The notes beneath the pieces are model-generated. The model saw nothing but the letters and a program-made list of their open reading frames with translations. It was not told the origin of the DNA and did not search any database. 64,000 bases of DNA. Origin: Balamuthia mandrillaris. Lineage: Eukaryota. Shown piece after piece: positions 1-13,402 of the stretch. The translations under genes were made by a program, and so were the position numbers. How positions within the stretch are numbered: the first letter of the stretch is position 1; the number at the start of each line of letters is the position of its first letter. The stretch covers positions 186,001-250,000 of the forward strand of contig JAVKOQ020000016.1 of NCBI GenBank assembly GCA_031835245.2. The letters run 5' to 3'.

Positions 1-419
1 AGTCAAAATGACACGAATTGTTGGTTTTCCAACATTTCTATTTTTTTGGTTACCATTTTCATAGCTATTTTACTATTTTGTGCCACTATTGTCATTTTTT
101 TACACCCACTTTTTCTTTATTATTTTTCAATCTCTTTCATGAATCTCTCTACAACTTTTATACAATGCATACATGTATGCACTTCCAATTACATACATGT
201 GTGCACTTCCTCTACATCTTCTACCCCTCAGGCATCTTCTTCTTTTTCCTCCACTAGTCCATCACCTTTGAATTGCACACATGTGTGCACTTCCTCTATT
301 CTTTAACTCTCTCTCAGGCAGGTTCTTCCAGTACTCCCACTCATTCATCAACTTGATTCACACATCCATCCACTCTAATATTCTTATGGTAAAAGCAGAG
401 TATATGACTTCTACAACAT

Positions 420-2300
420 GAATGAAGAGCACCAGATGTTATTGTTGTAAACAAGAGTGCTTGGGAATCTTACCATGGAGTACATTTCAAGAGTTTCATC
501 AATACTTTTAGAACCTGCCAACAGAAACAGCAAGAAGTCAACATATTTTGGCCTGTTTATTTATAAGCAAAAGCACTTATTCCTCATCAACAACCCTTCC
601 TAAGTTTGTGGCAGATAGTTATTTGCTCTGCCATAAGGCTTTTTGCATGAGATTAGCAAAAACAAGCTTCAACGATGTATTTCGCTTTGGAGGTTGTAGA
701 GTAGTTGTTCATGGTAATACAGGACAACATCGAGAAAGCAGAGTGTACCTCCTGTTGAAAGCATGGCTTACTAGCTTTTTTAATTCTATTGGAGAGCACA
801 TGCCCAATGATAACACCATCTACATGCCTGTTTTTCTTACTCGAGAGGCCATTTATGAAGATATGACTGCAGTGTTAGAAACAGGACATTTGATATCTTA
901 CTCTGGTTTTTGTGTGCATTTTAAGACCCATTTTGTTAATGTTCATTTCCCTAAGGTGGAATCACCTTCTCTCATCTGTTGTGAAAAGACATTAAATCCT
1001 TTGTTGGTCATTCTTCACTGAATAGATTACCTGCCTTGGTAAGTGTGATACTTGTTGTAAACTGGCCTCATTATTCAAAGCATGCAAAATGGATACAGAT
1101 CGAAGGCAGCTATCCTTGCAATTACAATTTGTTCAAACTCACCAAAAAGACTACTATGCTTGTCATGCATAAGCCAAAGCCTCCCCAGCATCAATTATGT
1201 CCCTAATTCTTGATTACACAGAGGCCATCCCCACAGAGGCCATCCCGCTTCCTCATCTTCATATACCCCCCAAGGCTTGGAACAACTGAAAGTGACTTGG
1301 ACTGAAGTGTTTTAGAATCATTAACCACTCAATATGCAAACGATATTTATGACACCACTTCAACACATTTTCTGAGGATGCCAATGTGATTTTATCCCAT
1401 CTTTTTCATTATCTTATTACCTTACTTTATCTTCAAGCAGATAATTGCTATCAAGTAATCAAAACAGATTCCTCTTTGCTTTTTGTGGATGGCTATTACA
1501 TATGAATCTGTTTAAGCATATCTTACCTTTTTCCTGGTCACACCCATGAAGACATTGACCAAATGTTTTCAACAATGCATAAAGCACTTCTAAAATGCAA
1601 TATCAAAAGCTTACAAGATTTTCCCACCTTGTACATAATGCCTATGTAACCCAGCTCTTTAACCAATGGAATTAATTTGGGATTTCATTCTTGGCTTCAA
1701 CCTTTTATGCAAAATATTGGGCCATTCTCAACCTTTATTTTTTATGTTTGACAAAGATCCACAACAGCCATCCTCTCTTCTTATTTGCTATCAACTTAAC
1801 TTGGATTTACTACTCAGTGAGCCTTTAGCTTTGATGAAAGGCTTTCCTAATCACTTTATCTCCATTCCTCCTCTTGTTCCTTACTGAAGTATTGACAATG
1901 ATATTTTGGGGAACCCAAGAGCTGCTTTGCCTTACTTACTTCCAACTGCTTAATTGAAAAATGCATCAGTTACTGGATTCATTAGCTCACAAACCTAACA
2001 TTACTACTCTCAATCCTTTTTCAAACCAAGTTTTTCATTCTCTTATCATTTCACTAACATCTTCAGCATCATTATCTACTTCGTCGTCATTATCATCTTC
2101 TACTTCAATACCTGTTGTGCAAATATCTGGGTCAGCATCATGTTTACCATTTATACTATCCGTTGGTCAAATTGTAGCTGTATTTGCAAATACAAGTTCT
2201 GATATGTTTTGATTTGCTAGAGTAGATCATTTAACAGCTAAGTTTGCATATGTTACTCGGTATGAAAAAAAGAAAGGCATTTGTTATATCCTTTAACCAA
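420..2300 (+). pseudogene. Decayed DNA transposase (LQxDNC / GHTHEDIDQ family; DUF7869/Sola-like)
   Basis: Frameshifted and stop-ridden pieces: ORF 548-1021, GKCDTC (~1038), LQADNC (~1431), PGHTHEDIDQMFS (1533-1571), and a C-terminal 'F*FARV..YV.RY' segment near 2200-2270. Confidence 0.65.
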
Positions 2301-2456
2301 CAACTCAAGACAAAATTTCACAAAATACCTTTATTTAATTTCCAATAAGGGGCGTCGTTTTAAGTCTAGAATGTGTTAATAGTAGCATTATTAGAATTAA
2401 TTTTTTGGATAGTTATTAGTAAATTTACTAACTGTTGGCAACTGCCAGCATAACTA

Positions 2457-2590
2457 TTATACTACTCTTCCATAACACCAATCCCTATCTCTCCTTGTAT
2501 ATATATTTCTTTCTTTCATTCTATTAAAGGACTTTTCCCTATGCCCATTGAGTTGGTGTCTATTAGGTTGTTCCCCTACCAGCCTTATCA
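2457..2590. repeat. ~135-bp interspersed repeat, copy 1
   Basis: Closely matches 55235-55373 and the reverse complement of 62306-62441. Confidence 0.85.
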
Positions 2591-2777
2591 ATTGGTAAGA
2601 TTGTTGACAGAAAGAAGAAAGGACCAAAGAAAGAAACAAAGAGAGAGTTGATTCTGTTGGCAGTTGCCAACAAAGAACCAGTATTGAAAAGGACCCTATT
2701 AACACAAAGAGATTTATTGAGAAGAGATCACGCCTAGCCAGAGAATTGAAAAACAAATCTTATAACCACAAAGGCCA

Positions 2778-5209
2778 TTAAGCCATTACTAATTTTGCAT
2801 TATTGTTGATAACTTCATATAAGAGAATAGTTTGTAAGCCCACACGGACTAGTACCCAGAAAGTGGCATGCTCACATCCCAATGCAGGAATATAGTTGTC
2901 TTGCACTTCCTTTATGGCTTTATCCACCACAGACTGCACGGTTGATTCAGGAGGCAGATGATGGCGTACACAGTAGTCATGGGCCAGCAACAAGTTGACA
3001 ATCTCATCCGGCGACTTCTTATCAATCATGTCTCGTGATAGGCTACAGAGTTTGTTCCAATCAGTCACCCCACCACTTAACTTCAAACCAGGGACAGGAA
3101 TGCTCTTCAGACTCAAATAGTGATAATGGTCCTGCATAAATCCAAAAATGTATGAGGAGGGAGGGGCAGGAAGGGGAGGAGATTTGGTTATGCTTACATC
3201 TGGTGGCTTACTGTTATCTCTCTGTTGTGGTGACTTATGAACACAGTAAACAATATCCACATATCGTTGTTGAGATTTTGATACTTCGGTAAATGCAAAT
3301 TCTTTGAACACACGGTCTGCATTCCTTCGCATAAGTACCATGGCATCAAAAACCGCTGCAAACCGTTGTTATTGAGCAAAAAAGAAAAAAACAGATGCAG
3401 GGTTTCAGCAAGTAATGGCATACCTTGTGCGAATGGATCTTCTCCAAGTTTGACATCACGTGCATTGCCACGGCTGAGCAAGTGTTGAGAAACTGCTTTG
3501 CAAAAGGGCCCCAGCTGTTTTTTCTCCACAAGTGTATCTACTGCCTGACTCAGGTCCGTTCTGCCAGTCTCATCCAGATTTAGCCTGGCGTGCAGTTCCT
3601 GCAAAAACTCTCTAAAGGCGACTTGATTAGGGATCTTGAGTGCATATGTGATCCTGTCCTCGGGCTTAACAGGCACGTAGGTCAGTGCACCCATGTAGCG
3701 CATGAAGGAGAGCAATGGTTTTGGGCTGGTGGCGAGCTCGTTCATGTGGGACAGGCGGAAGACTTCCTGTGCTCTACCAGGAGTGTTAATTTTGGCACCC
3801 TCCTGGGCTAGCATCTTTCTTACAATGATGGGTGCATAGCGTGCTTCTCGGATTGCCAGCAAGGTTGACTCAGCAGGTCTTGAATTTGGGTCGAAAAGCA
3901 TTTCCTCCTGTATACGCATTGCACTCTCCTTAGGGTTAAGACCTGTTGGCTTCATTCCACGTTGGATCATCCTCTCAAGTTGCTGTAACCCATGCAAAAT
4001 ACGCGTAGGATTGTAGAGGGGCTCCCATGCTCTGGGATGGAAATAGTAGCCATCGTGTTCCGCTTTCCATGTCTTCAGGATCTCGAGTACTTCTGCTTCC
4101 TCCAGCTTTAGTTTTGCAAGGCCCTTACGCACGTCACTTTCTGTAAAGCCATACATTAGCGCAAAATCCAAGTCGTCAGTGATATGTTGCGCATTGTTAA
4201 AGCCGCTGGCGAACTCGGAGAGGACGAGAGGGGTCACGCCGGTGATGAAGCATCTCGCCACTCCTTTATCGCATGCAGTCTTAAGTTCGCTGAAAAACTT
4301 GCTGTACATATTCTCCATCTGCTTGAGCGGGTTCTTGTAGTCTTCTGGGGAGGAGCGAAGGGCGGACACAAAGGACCTATCACCCAGCGCCTGGTTAATG
4401 CTGGCATCGTATTCATCAATTATGACATAGACCTAATATTAACAAGCTGTTGAGTTGCAAACAATAAGGAGAATTGTAAAAATTTCGCATCATTGGTGGC
4501 ACAAAACCTTTTTTTGTTTCAAGTGCATTTCCTCAAAGAGGGATGTGTAGGTATCCAGTGCATTCTGTGGGTTGATCTGGTATTGGAGGTTGTAGCGAGC
4601 TTTATACGACCCAGCAAGGGTGTTCAAGCGGTCATTGAGGCTCATCTTAAACTCCTTTGCAGTATCCGTCTTGAGGCCGGAAAAGTTGAGGGGAAGAACC
4701 AAGAAGGAGTTGGCCAATGGGGTAGGCCGTTTGCCGATGTCAAGGTGGCCGAAGAGCTCGTCGAACTTGGAGGCGTTTAACTCATCATAGTACTGTGCTA
4801 AGGTATCGGCAAAAAGGGTCTTGCCGAATCGCCGCGGTCTCAATGATACGACAGCCTTGGTCCGTAGATTCTCCAGCCTTGGAATAAAGTCGGTCTGGTT
4901 GTTCAATTAGGTTATCGATAGACAAAAAAAGAGGAATATAGTTACCTTGTCGACATAGAACGTGTCGTTCGTACGCGAGAAAACCGTGTTGAATTCACCA
5001 TCACCGTACACAAAGGCAGTTGGAACTGGCAAGAATCTCAGTCATATGAGTGAGCTTAAGAGAGGGAGATAGGTACTGCTGATTCTTTGCTCAGTTTCAG
5101 CCTGGCTGGCATAGCCCCTGCAACTCAATGCTGCTGGCCCAACAAACGAACGGAGAGAAGGCGTTGGTGTGGTGAGGCCTGCCAGGTGCAAAATCCCCCT
5201 CCCCTTCAT
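2778..5209 (-). CDS. AAA-ATPase-like (RPRRFGK family) + C-terminal PD-(D/E)xK-like domain protein, multi-exon, with predicted mitochondrial presequence
   Basis: Spliced reading gives MKGRGILHLAG...CRGYAS, then FYVDK|TDFI, Walker A RPRRFGKT, Walker B VIIDEYD, FITGVTP, HDGYYF..LYNP and KEF..RYVDIV..YLSLK. GT-AG introns restore the frame. Confidence 0.8.
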
Positions 5210-5991
5210 TCTTGCTGACAAACCAAAATAACAAGAGGGACCTCTGCGTACTACGCTATTCTTCTTCTTTGTCTACCAACGTAAAAAAAAATAAATTAAG
5301 TTGCAACGAAAGCGGAGAAGAATGCATGGCCCCTCGTTCACTTTTTTTTTGTGCTGGCTCCTGTCCTCCGCTACCTTCTCTTGAGCGGCAGTAGGAGGTA
5401 TGCATTCATTCTCACCGGAAAGGGGGTGAGGGAGGGTGGCGGTACGGCCTGCTGCAGGTCGCCTCGTTAAAGCACTGCCAGCGCTTGCAAGACCGAGAAA
5501 GGCTTCCAGCTCTGTTCCCGTAAAGATGTAGTGACCTTGCTTGACCTTGAGCTGATTTCCTATGTTGCTGCATTTATCAGCAGGTCTATCAGGGTCCAAG
5601 TGTACTGTACCTTTGGACCAAGTATGGATGCTACGAAACAGCTGCTGCCCATTCTGGTGAGATGATTTCTGGCTCCTGTCGTCATTCTCCTTCTTGCCTG
5701 TTCCGTCTCCGGTTTCTTTTCTATTATCCTGAGTGCTCCAAAATCTACCTTGAAGTCCTTCGTCTCGCTTTGAGACCCTTTTTTTCATAACTACCTTCAG
5801 CTATTGAGGAAAAACCTGAGGCGCAAGTAGAAGCGTAGGTTTGGTGGTTTGAGCGTTTTTAGCTTTATCGTGGTTGGATGCAAATGCTGCGTTTGAGGAA
5901 TGGTGCCCTCTCGTCCCTAGCCACAGATTTTCTTTTCTCCCTTTTCCCTTGGCTCTCGCCCATGAGCTTCAAAGGCCTTTCTCCTCTTCTT

Positions 5992-6244
5992 CTTTCTCCC
6001 TCTCCTTCTCCTTCTCCTTCTCCTTCTCCTTCTCCTTCTCCTTCTCCTTCTCCTTCTTGTCCTTCTCCCTCTCCTTCTCCTTCTCCTTCTCCTTCTCCTT
6101 CTCCTTCTCCTTCTCCTTCTGCTTCTGCTTCTCCTTCTCCTTCTCCTTCTCCTTCTCCTTCACCTTCACCTTCTCCTTCTCCTTCTCCTTCTCCTTCTCC
6201 TTCTCCTTCTCCTTCTCCTTCTCCTTCTCCTTCTCCTTCTCCTT
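5992..6244. repeat. (CCTTCT)n hexamer microsatellite
   Basis: Directly visible tandem repeat upstream of TRM11. Confidence 0.95.
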
Positions 6245-6404
6245 GTCCGGGAGAGAAGGGTTGTTGTTTTGGCGGGGAACATGCTCATTGGCGCAAAAGA
6301 CTGATTTCGTGGTGTCTATTTTTGGAGGAGGCGAGTGATTGAGAAAGAAAAGAGAGATGGAAAGGCAGGAGGAGAGAAGGGAGGACTGGCCCAACGGCAA
6401 TGGC

Positions 6405-8532
6405 ATGCCCTTCGGCTCGGACACCGTCGAGTACCTGTGCTACTTCTACCACCAACGCCTGGACTTTAGGTTACCGGAGCTGCACGCCTTGGCGCAGATG
6501 TTCGGCCACCCGCTCCGCTACAGCGCTTACGACCCGGAGGTTCAGTTCATTCGTTTGGTTTTTTATTTCAAGCTCTTCTTTGATCTGATCCTCACCTCAA
6601 CATTTTCTTGGGCAGCGTCCGTTCATACGAGTAAAATTGCCTTCAGAGCAAGCGGCCAAAGACATTGCTTCTCGTTCTGTTCTGATCAAGTATTTGCTTT
6701 TTCTATCATTGTTTTTGTTTCATCTTTTTGAACATTTGCTTTTGGATCTGGACACACACACAGGGGATTTTTCGAAGTGTGGGGCACAGGAGAGACCTAC
6801 GAAGAGTTGATGCGCTCTATTGAAGATTTTCCTCTTCATAAAAAAGTAACCCTTCCTTTGTTCTTCCTTATTTCCTCTTTGGCTTTTGCTCTGCTTATCT
6901 CTTTCGTTGTTCGCTTCTCCTCGTTCTCTTCTCTGCCTCTTCCTCTACCGCTGCCTCTCTGCCTCTCTGTTTCCCTCCACTCCTCTCGTCTTCGCTATCT
7001 CTCCTCTCCTCTCCTTTGTGGATGGCTAACAGTGTGCGTGTGTGCGTTTCGCCAACACAGGAGCCGTATTACAGCCAGGACACAACGTTCAAGCTGAACG
7101 TGGATGCTTTTGGTCGCCGTTATTCCCGAGGCCAGCAGCTCGATATCATCAAGCGGTTCGCACATATTCCATTCCTGGGAAAGGTCGATCTCAAAAATGC
7201 CCAACATTCATTCTGGATCATGGAAGAGCTTGGCCACCTGCCCGAGGAGGGCAGTCCTCCTCGCATGATATACTTTGGACGTCAGGTATCCCTTTTTCTT
7301 ACTCCTTCCTCGTAGCCATCTTTCTCTGCTTCCAAATTCTTTTTTAAGTTGCTAAGCACAAGCAAATGGGTTAATAGATAGCATTGGGGGCTAGGCATCT
7401 TATAGAAAAGTTTACTTTGAAGAAGCGGGGTTACTTGGGAACCACCTCCATGAGTAGCGAGTGGTCTTTGTTAATGGCCAACCAGGGCATGGTTCTTCCT
7501 AACCATCTTGTGTATGATCCATTTGCTGGAACAGGTTCACCTTCTCTCTATCCCCCCTCTCTCTTCCTCTTCCTTCTCTCTCTCTCTCTCTCTCTCTCTC
7601 CTTTTAAACTGATAACATCAATATTTAAGGAAGTATATTGGTGCCACCTGCTTATTTCGGAGCCAAAGTAATGGGCAGTGACATTGATCCTCGTGTGCTG
7701 CGTGGCAAAGGTTCATATCTCATTTGTTCCTTTTATGCACGCTCTCTGTTCTCTCTCACTCAAAATGCTTCATTCCTTCATCTTTCTACAGAGGGTCGGT
7801 CCATATTTACCAACTTTGCGCAGTACGACTTGAAGGGAATAGTGGATTTGGTTGTATCTGATACTTCGCGCCCTTGTTGGCGTCCTTCTCCTTGGTTCGA
7901 CGCTGTTATTTGTGATCGTATGTTGCTTTTTTTTTTCTGCAATGATGATGCCAGAACGTTCCTGATCTTTTTTCCCATTCCTGTCCCTTAAAACTACCAC
8001 ACAAAAGCACCCTACGGAGTGCGAGCAGGAGGAAAGAAGGTAGGCAAAAAAGATAAGCCTGGTCGGCAAAAAGCCAAGCAGCGAAGAGTAGAAAGGTATC
8101 CCTCCAATTAACTCAAAACAAAAACACGTGCGCTAACAAGCTTTGCTCTGCAATGCAGTAGCAACACTGCTCATATTCCTCAATGTGTGTCCTATGAGAT
8201 ACCTGAAGTTCTCAAAGATCTTATTGATTTTAGTGCTAGAACTCTCAAGCTAGGTGGGCGTCTTGTCTACTGGCTTCCCACCACCGACCTGTGCGTATTC
8301 TCCTAGCAATATTTATTTATTTGATTCCCTTTCCTTTTTAATTGTTTTCCTCTCTCCTTCTCTTAATGAATGAAACAGCTATCAGGAGAGCGATCTGCCG
8401 CGGCATCCTTGTTTGCAGCTGCGAGCAAACAGCGAACACATCATGACCAGAAGACTCCGCAGAAGGCTCATCACCATGGAAAAGATTCTCGATTTCGATC
8501 TCGCCCTTCATGCCAATCTTCCTGTACCTTCA

Positions 8533-8589
<57 letters not shown>

Positions 8590-8851
8590 CCTTTTTTGTT
8601 CTGCTCTTCTTTTTTTCTCGTTCTTTTTTTTCCTGGTGATGACGATATAAAAACAACAGCTGGAGGAATACGGAGTGCTTAGCCCAACGATAACCAACAT
8701 TGGTGATTATTACTTCAAACGAGGGCAGTACGCTGAAGTGGAAGACGAGGACGAAGCGGTGGAAGAGGAGGAAGAGGAAGCAGCAACAAGAAGAGTGAAA
8801 AAGAACAACAAAAGAAAGCAGCAAGGCGGCAGCCCAACTCAGCAGCAGTAG
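6405..8851 (+). CDS. TRMT11: tRNA (guanine-10-N2)-methyltransferase, multi-exon
   Basis: YLCYF..RLDFRLPEL, LKKRGYLGTTSM, VYDPFAGTGS, GSDID, FDAVICD-PYGVRAGG, GRLVYWLP and RRLITMEK motifs. Confidence 0.92.
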
Positions 8852-8974
8852 TCGTTTCTTCAAAGAAAATACATCACTTTCAACTTCTACTACTACAACA
8901 AGCAAAGACTGGTGCTCCACCTACCTTATGCTCTTGCGTCCTTTTTTCTGCTTCTTCTTTGCAACTATCTCATT

Positions 8975-10110
8975 CTAGCGCTGCTTTGCCTCTGCTCTTC
9001 CTCTTCTAGTTATCGTTGTTGGACCTCCTCTTAGTTTTGATGAAGAGAAAGAGTACGGAGGCGGTTTCGCAGCTGCTCCAAAAGGAGTTTGTCTGTTTGG
9101 GTGAGACTCTTTTGTTGCTGGAGACTGAGGATGGCCGCTCTCAACTTGGCTATCTGCTCTCTCTTCAACTCCTTGTCCTCGTTGGCAACGCTGATAACAT
9201 TGTGGCTCAATCAGACTTTCTTGCTTCAAACACCAGAAGAAACAAGAGAAAGAACGTACATGTGCTGCGCTTGTGCGACAGTGGTGTTGTGTCTCCACTC
9301 TTTGAACATGCGCAGCAACGACTGCCACCTTTGGCTTGGGTTCTGGTTCTCCAAAGTGTTGGTACTCTTTGTTCTCATCATCTTCAAGTTGTTATCCAAC
9401 TTGCTTAGGTCTGAAGAGAAGAGCAAAACATGTGAGTGATAGAGGGGGTGAGAGAGGACAAAAGCAAGAGCTGTGTCTTTAACATGAGCAAGAAGAGTTG
9501 ACGAGTTCTCTTTACCTTGGAGGTCATCGCTGGACAGTTGTTTTGGTAACGAAGGACGAACAGACTTGGGTTCTTCTTTTTCTTTTTTTAAAAAAAATGT
9601 GAGTTGAAGTTAGGGAGAAGGAGGAGGGCAAAAAGAAGCAAACGAACTTTTGGCAGCGCTTGTAGTGATGGGAGAACCCAAGCCAAGGTCTGTCAGGTGG
9701 AGTGACTGCTCAAAGTTGGCAAGGGCCGTCTCGTGAAGGAACAAGAAGCCCCGTTCCAACCTATTCAACTCTTTGATGTGGTTCTGGCGTGTTGTAAAGG
9801 AGAGAGAGAGAGAGAGAGAAGAGAGAGAGAAGAGAGAGCAGAGAAGAGAGCAACGTGTCAACCCGAGGAGAACATGTAAGAAAATGGGAAATGAGGAAGA
9901 GAGAGAGCAGAGCAGAGAGGGGGGGGGGGGAGAGAGAAGAGCTTATACCTCGACATGACGAAGACGGTCCTCAGAGCTGAGTGTAGGGTCATAACGGAGA
10001 CTAAACAGCCGCTCCTTGATGGCAGAGATCTCTTGGAGCTTGTTGTTCAACGCCTTTTCAATTTTCTGTCTGTCCTCTCTTTCGCGCTGTGCCTCTTCCT
10101 CAGAAATCAT
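8975..10110 (-). CDS. Hypothetical coiled-coil protein, multi-exon
   Basis: MISEEEAQREREDRQKIEKALNNKLQEI..., followed by further exon-like segments bounded by GT/AG. No recognisable domain; 3' end uncertain. Confidence 0.5.
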
Positions 10111-10524
10111 GGTGGTGGTGGTATTCTGAACACAGGACACAAAGACTATGTTGAGCCAACCCTCCTCCCCCTCAAAAAAAAAAACTGCAAATACCTTTCC
10201 TGGATTTAAATAGTAAAAGGGGTGTGTGGCTGTGCAGCAAATATTTGTTTGTTGTGGCTGCAACTTCCTTTATCGATGTGGCACTGGTATACAAGCAGAA
10301 GTTCGTTCTTTTCTCTCCCCCCAAAAGGATAAGCCAGAAACTTCCCCCAGAGGCCTCGGTGGTGTTGCCCACCGCCAATGTTCCGTGTCGACGTGAATGC
10401 CTCTAACTCCAAAAAGGTAATTTATCCGATCAGATCACATTTTTCCGTGTCGACGTGACCGACACCACAAATCCCCTTTTTTTTTGTGCCAAGTTCTTTC
10501 TCAAGCATTTGTACAAAGTGGCAC

Positions 10525-11886
<1,362 letters not shown>

Positions 11887-11912
11887 CTTCTGCGCCACTG
11901 TGCCAACTTTTT

Positions 11913-12010
11913 GCGTCGACACGTAATCGAAGGAGTTTCCGTCGACAGTGAGATTCATGTCGACATGTAGGTGATCGAATTCGATCGGTGAAATAAGTGC
12001 TGACGTCAGC
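11913..12010. promoter_or_regulatory. Divergent promoter with clustered palindromes (3x GTCGAC, GATCGAATTCGATC, GCTGACGTCAGC/CRE-like)
   Basis: Motifs seen directly in the ~226-bp gap between the dehalogenase and ankyrin gene start codons. Function is inferred. Confidence 0.45.
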
Positions 12011-12112
12011 AGGCAAACAGAACGGAAGAAGCGAGAAAGAAGGGGTTGGGCTCCTCTTTTGTGATACTCTCCCCCCTCCTCCCCCTTCACAAGATCTTAC
12101 CGGTACACAGTC

Positions 12113-12922
12113 ATGCTGAGCTTGTTCCAATTGGCACGTACTGGAAATGTGGACAAGTTTCAAGAGTCGCTGAACAGCAGGGACGGCCAGTCGCAGCTCA
12201 ACTCCACCGATCAGTTCGGCTTCACCCCACTGTACGGATTACCCCCCCTGGAGCAAGCTTTCATCTCCAAACTGGGGTGGAGTGGTTGTTGAACTGACTC
12301 ATGCAATGCATCATTTGCAGACATTGGGCAGCACAAAAGGGAGAAGAGCGCATGGTGGAGCTGCTACTGCGCGCTGGGGTAGACCCTAACCTCCAGGACG
12401 GTAATGCTACTCCCCATCCATGCCATTCATTCATCGATTCGTTGAGCTTCCCTACTTAACTTGGAACGAATTCTAAACAACTCAACACCAGGAGAGGGCC
12501 AAACGGCGTTGCATTGGGCCATTGATAAAGCACATGCTGGTGTTGTTCGGCTGCTTATAGAGGCCGGTGCTGCTTTGGACGTTCAGGTTCATACCTTGTT
12601 CTCTTGCTGTCGTCACCCACTCTTGTCGCCTTCTTCTGATCACCGCTACGTATGTACAGGACAAGTTCAAGCACACAGCTCTTCACCGCGCAACGGCACT
12701 TGGACAGGGTAAAGTGGTGGCCCAATTGCTCCAGCATGGGGCGGACCCAAACCTGCAAAACCACAAAGGGTGGACCGCCCTCCACGTGGCTTGTTACTAC
12801 CATCGCAAGGGAATCGTCATCAGTTTGCTGGAGAGCTGTAATCCAACGAGAATGGATGTCAATCTCGCCAACAAAGATGGTTGGCAAGCTCTACATGTTC
12901 TCAGCATGCAAGGTTGCCTCCC

Positions 12923-12974
<52 letters not shown>

Positions 12975-13116
12975 CATTCTTTGTTGTCGGTATGTTTCGA
13001 TTTTATTGGTATTATTAACACATGTGTTATGTTTATCAGGCTTTACTGAGTTAGCTTTTGTGTTGGTTCGTAATGGTGCTAATCTCAACTACGCTAGCAA
13101 GGATGGCAGTTGCGTT

Positions 13117-13154
<38 letters not shown>

Positions 13155-13370
13155 GAATTGTTGGGCACATGGAATGCTTATCATTTTTTACGTGCAATCT
13201 ACAGACACGCCATTGCATTTAGCATGCAAGGCTGAAAGAGCTTCAACCATCAGACTATTGATGAATGTAGGAGCCAATCCCAACCTTCGCAATGCAAAAG
13301 GAAAACGACCAATCGACCTGCTCACCGACGATGACCTGAAACCTCTCGTCAAAGGTAAAACGCACAAGCG

Positions 13371-13402
<32 letters not shown>

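Noticed and set aside
5273..5788. 171-aa minus-strand ORF upstream of the AAA gene
   Set aside because: No recognisable motif. It could be a small gene or an upstream exon, but the sequence alone cannot support either.
5874..6424. Poly-SP / poly-EK / poly-SF ORFs
   Set aside because: These are translations of a (CCTTCT)n microsatellite that is open in many frames, with no other coding evidence.
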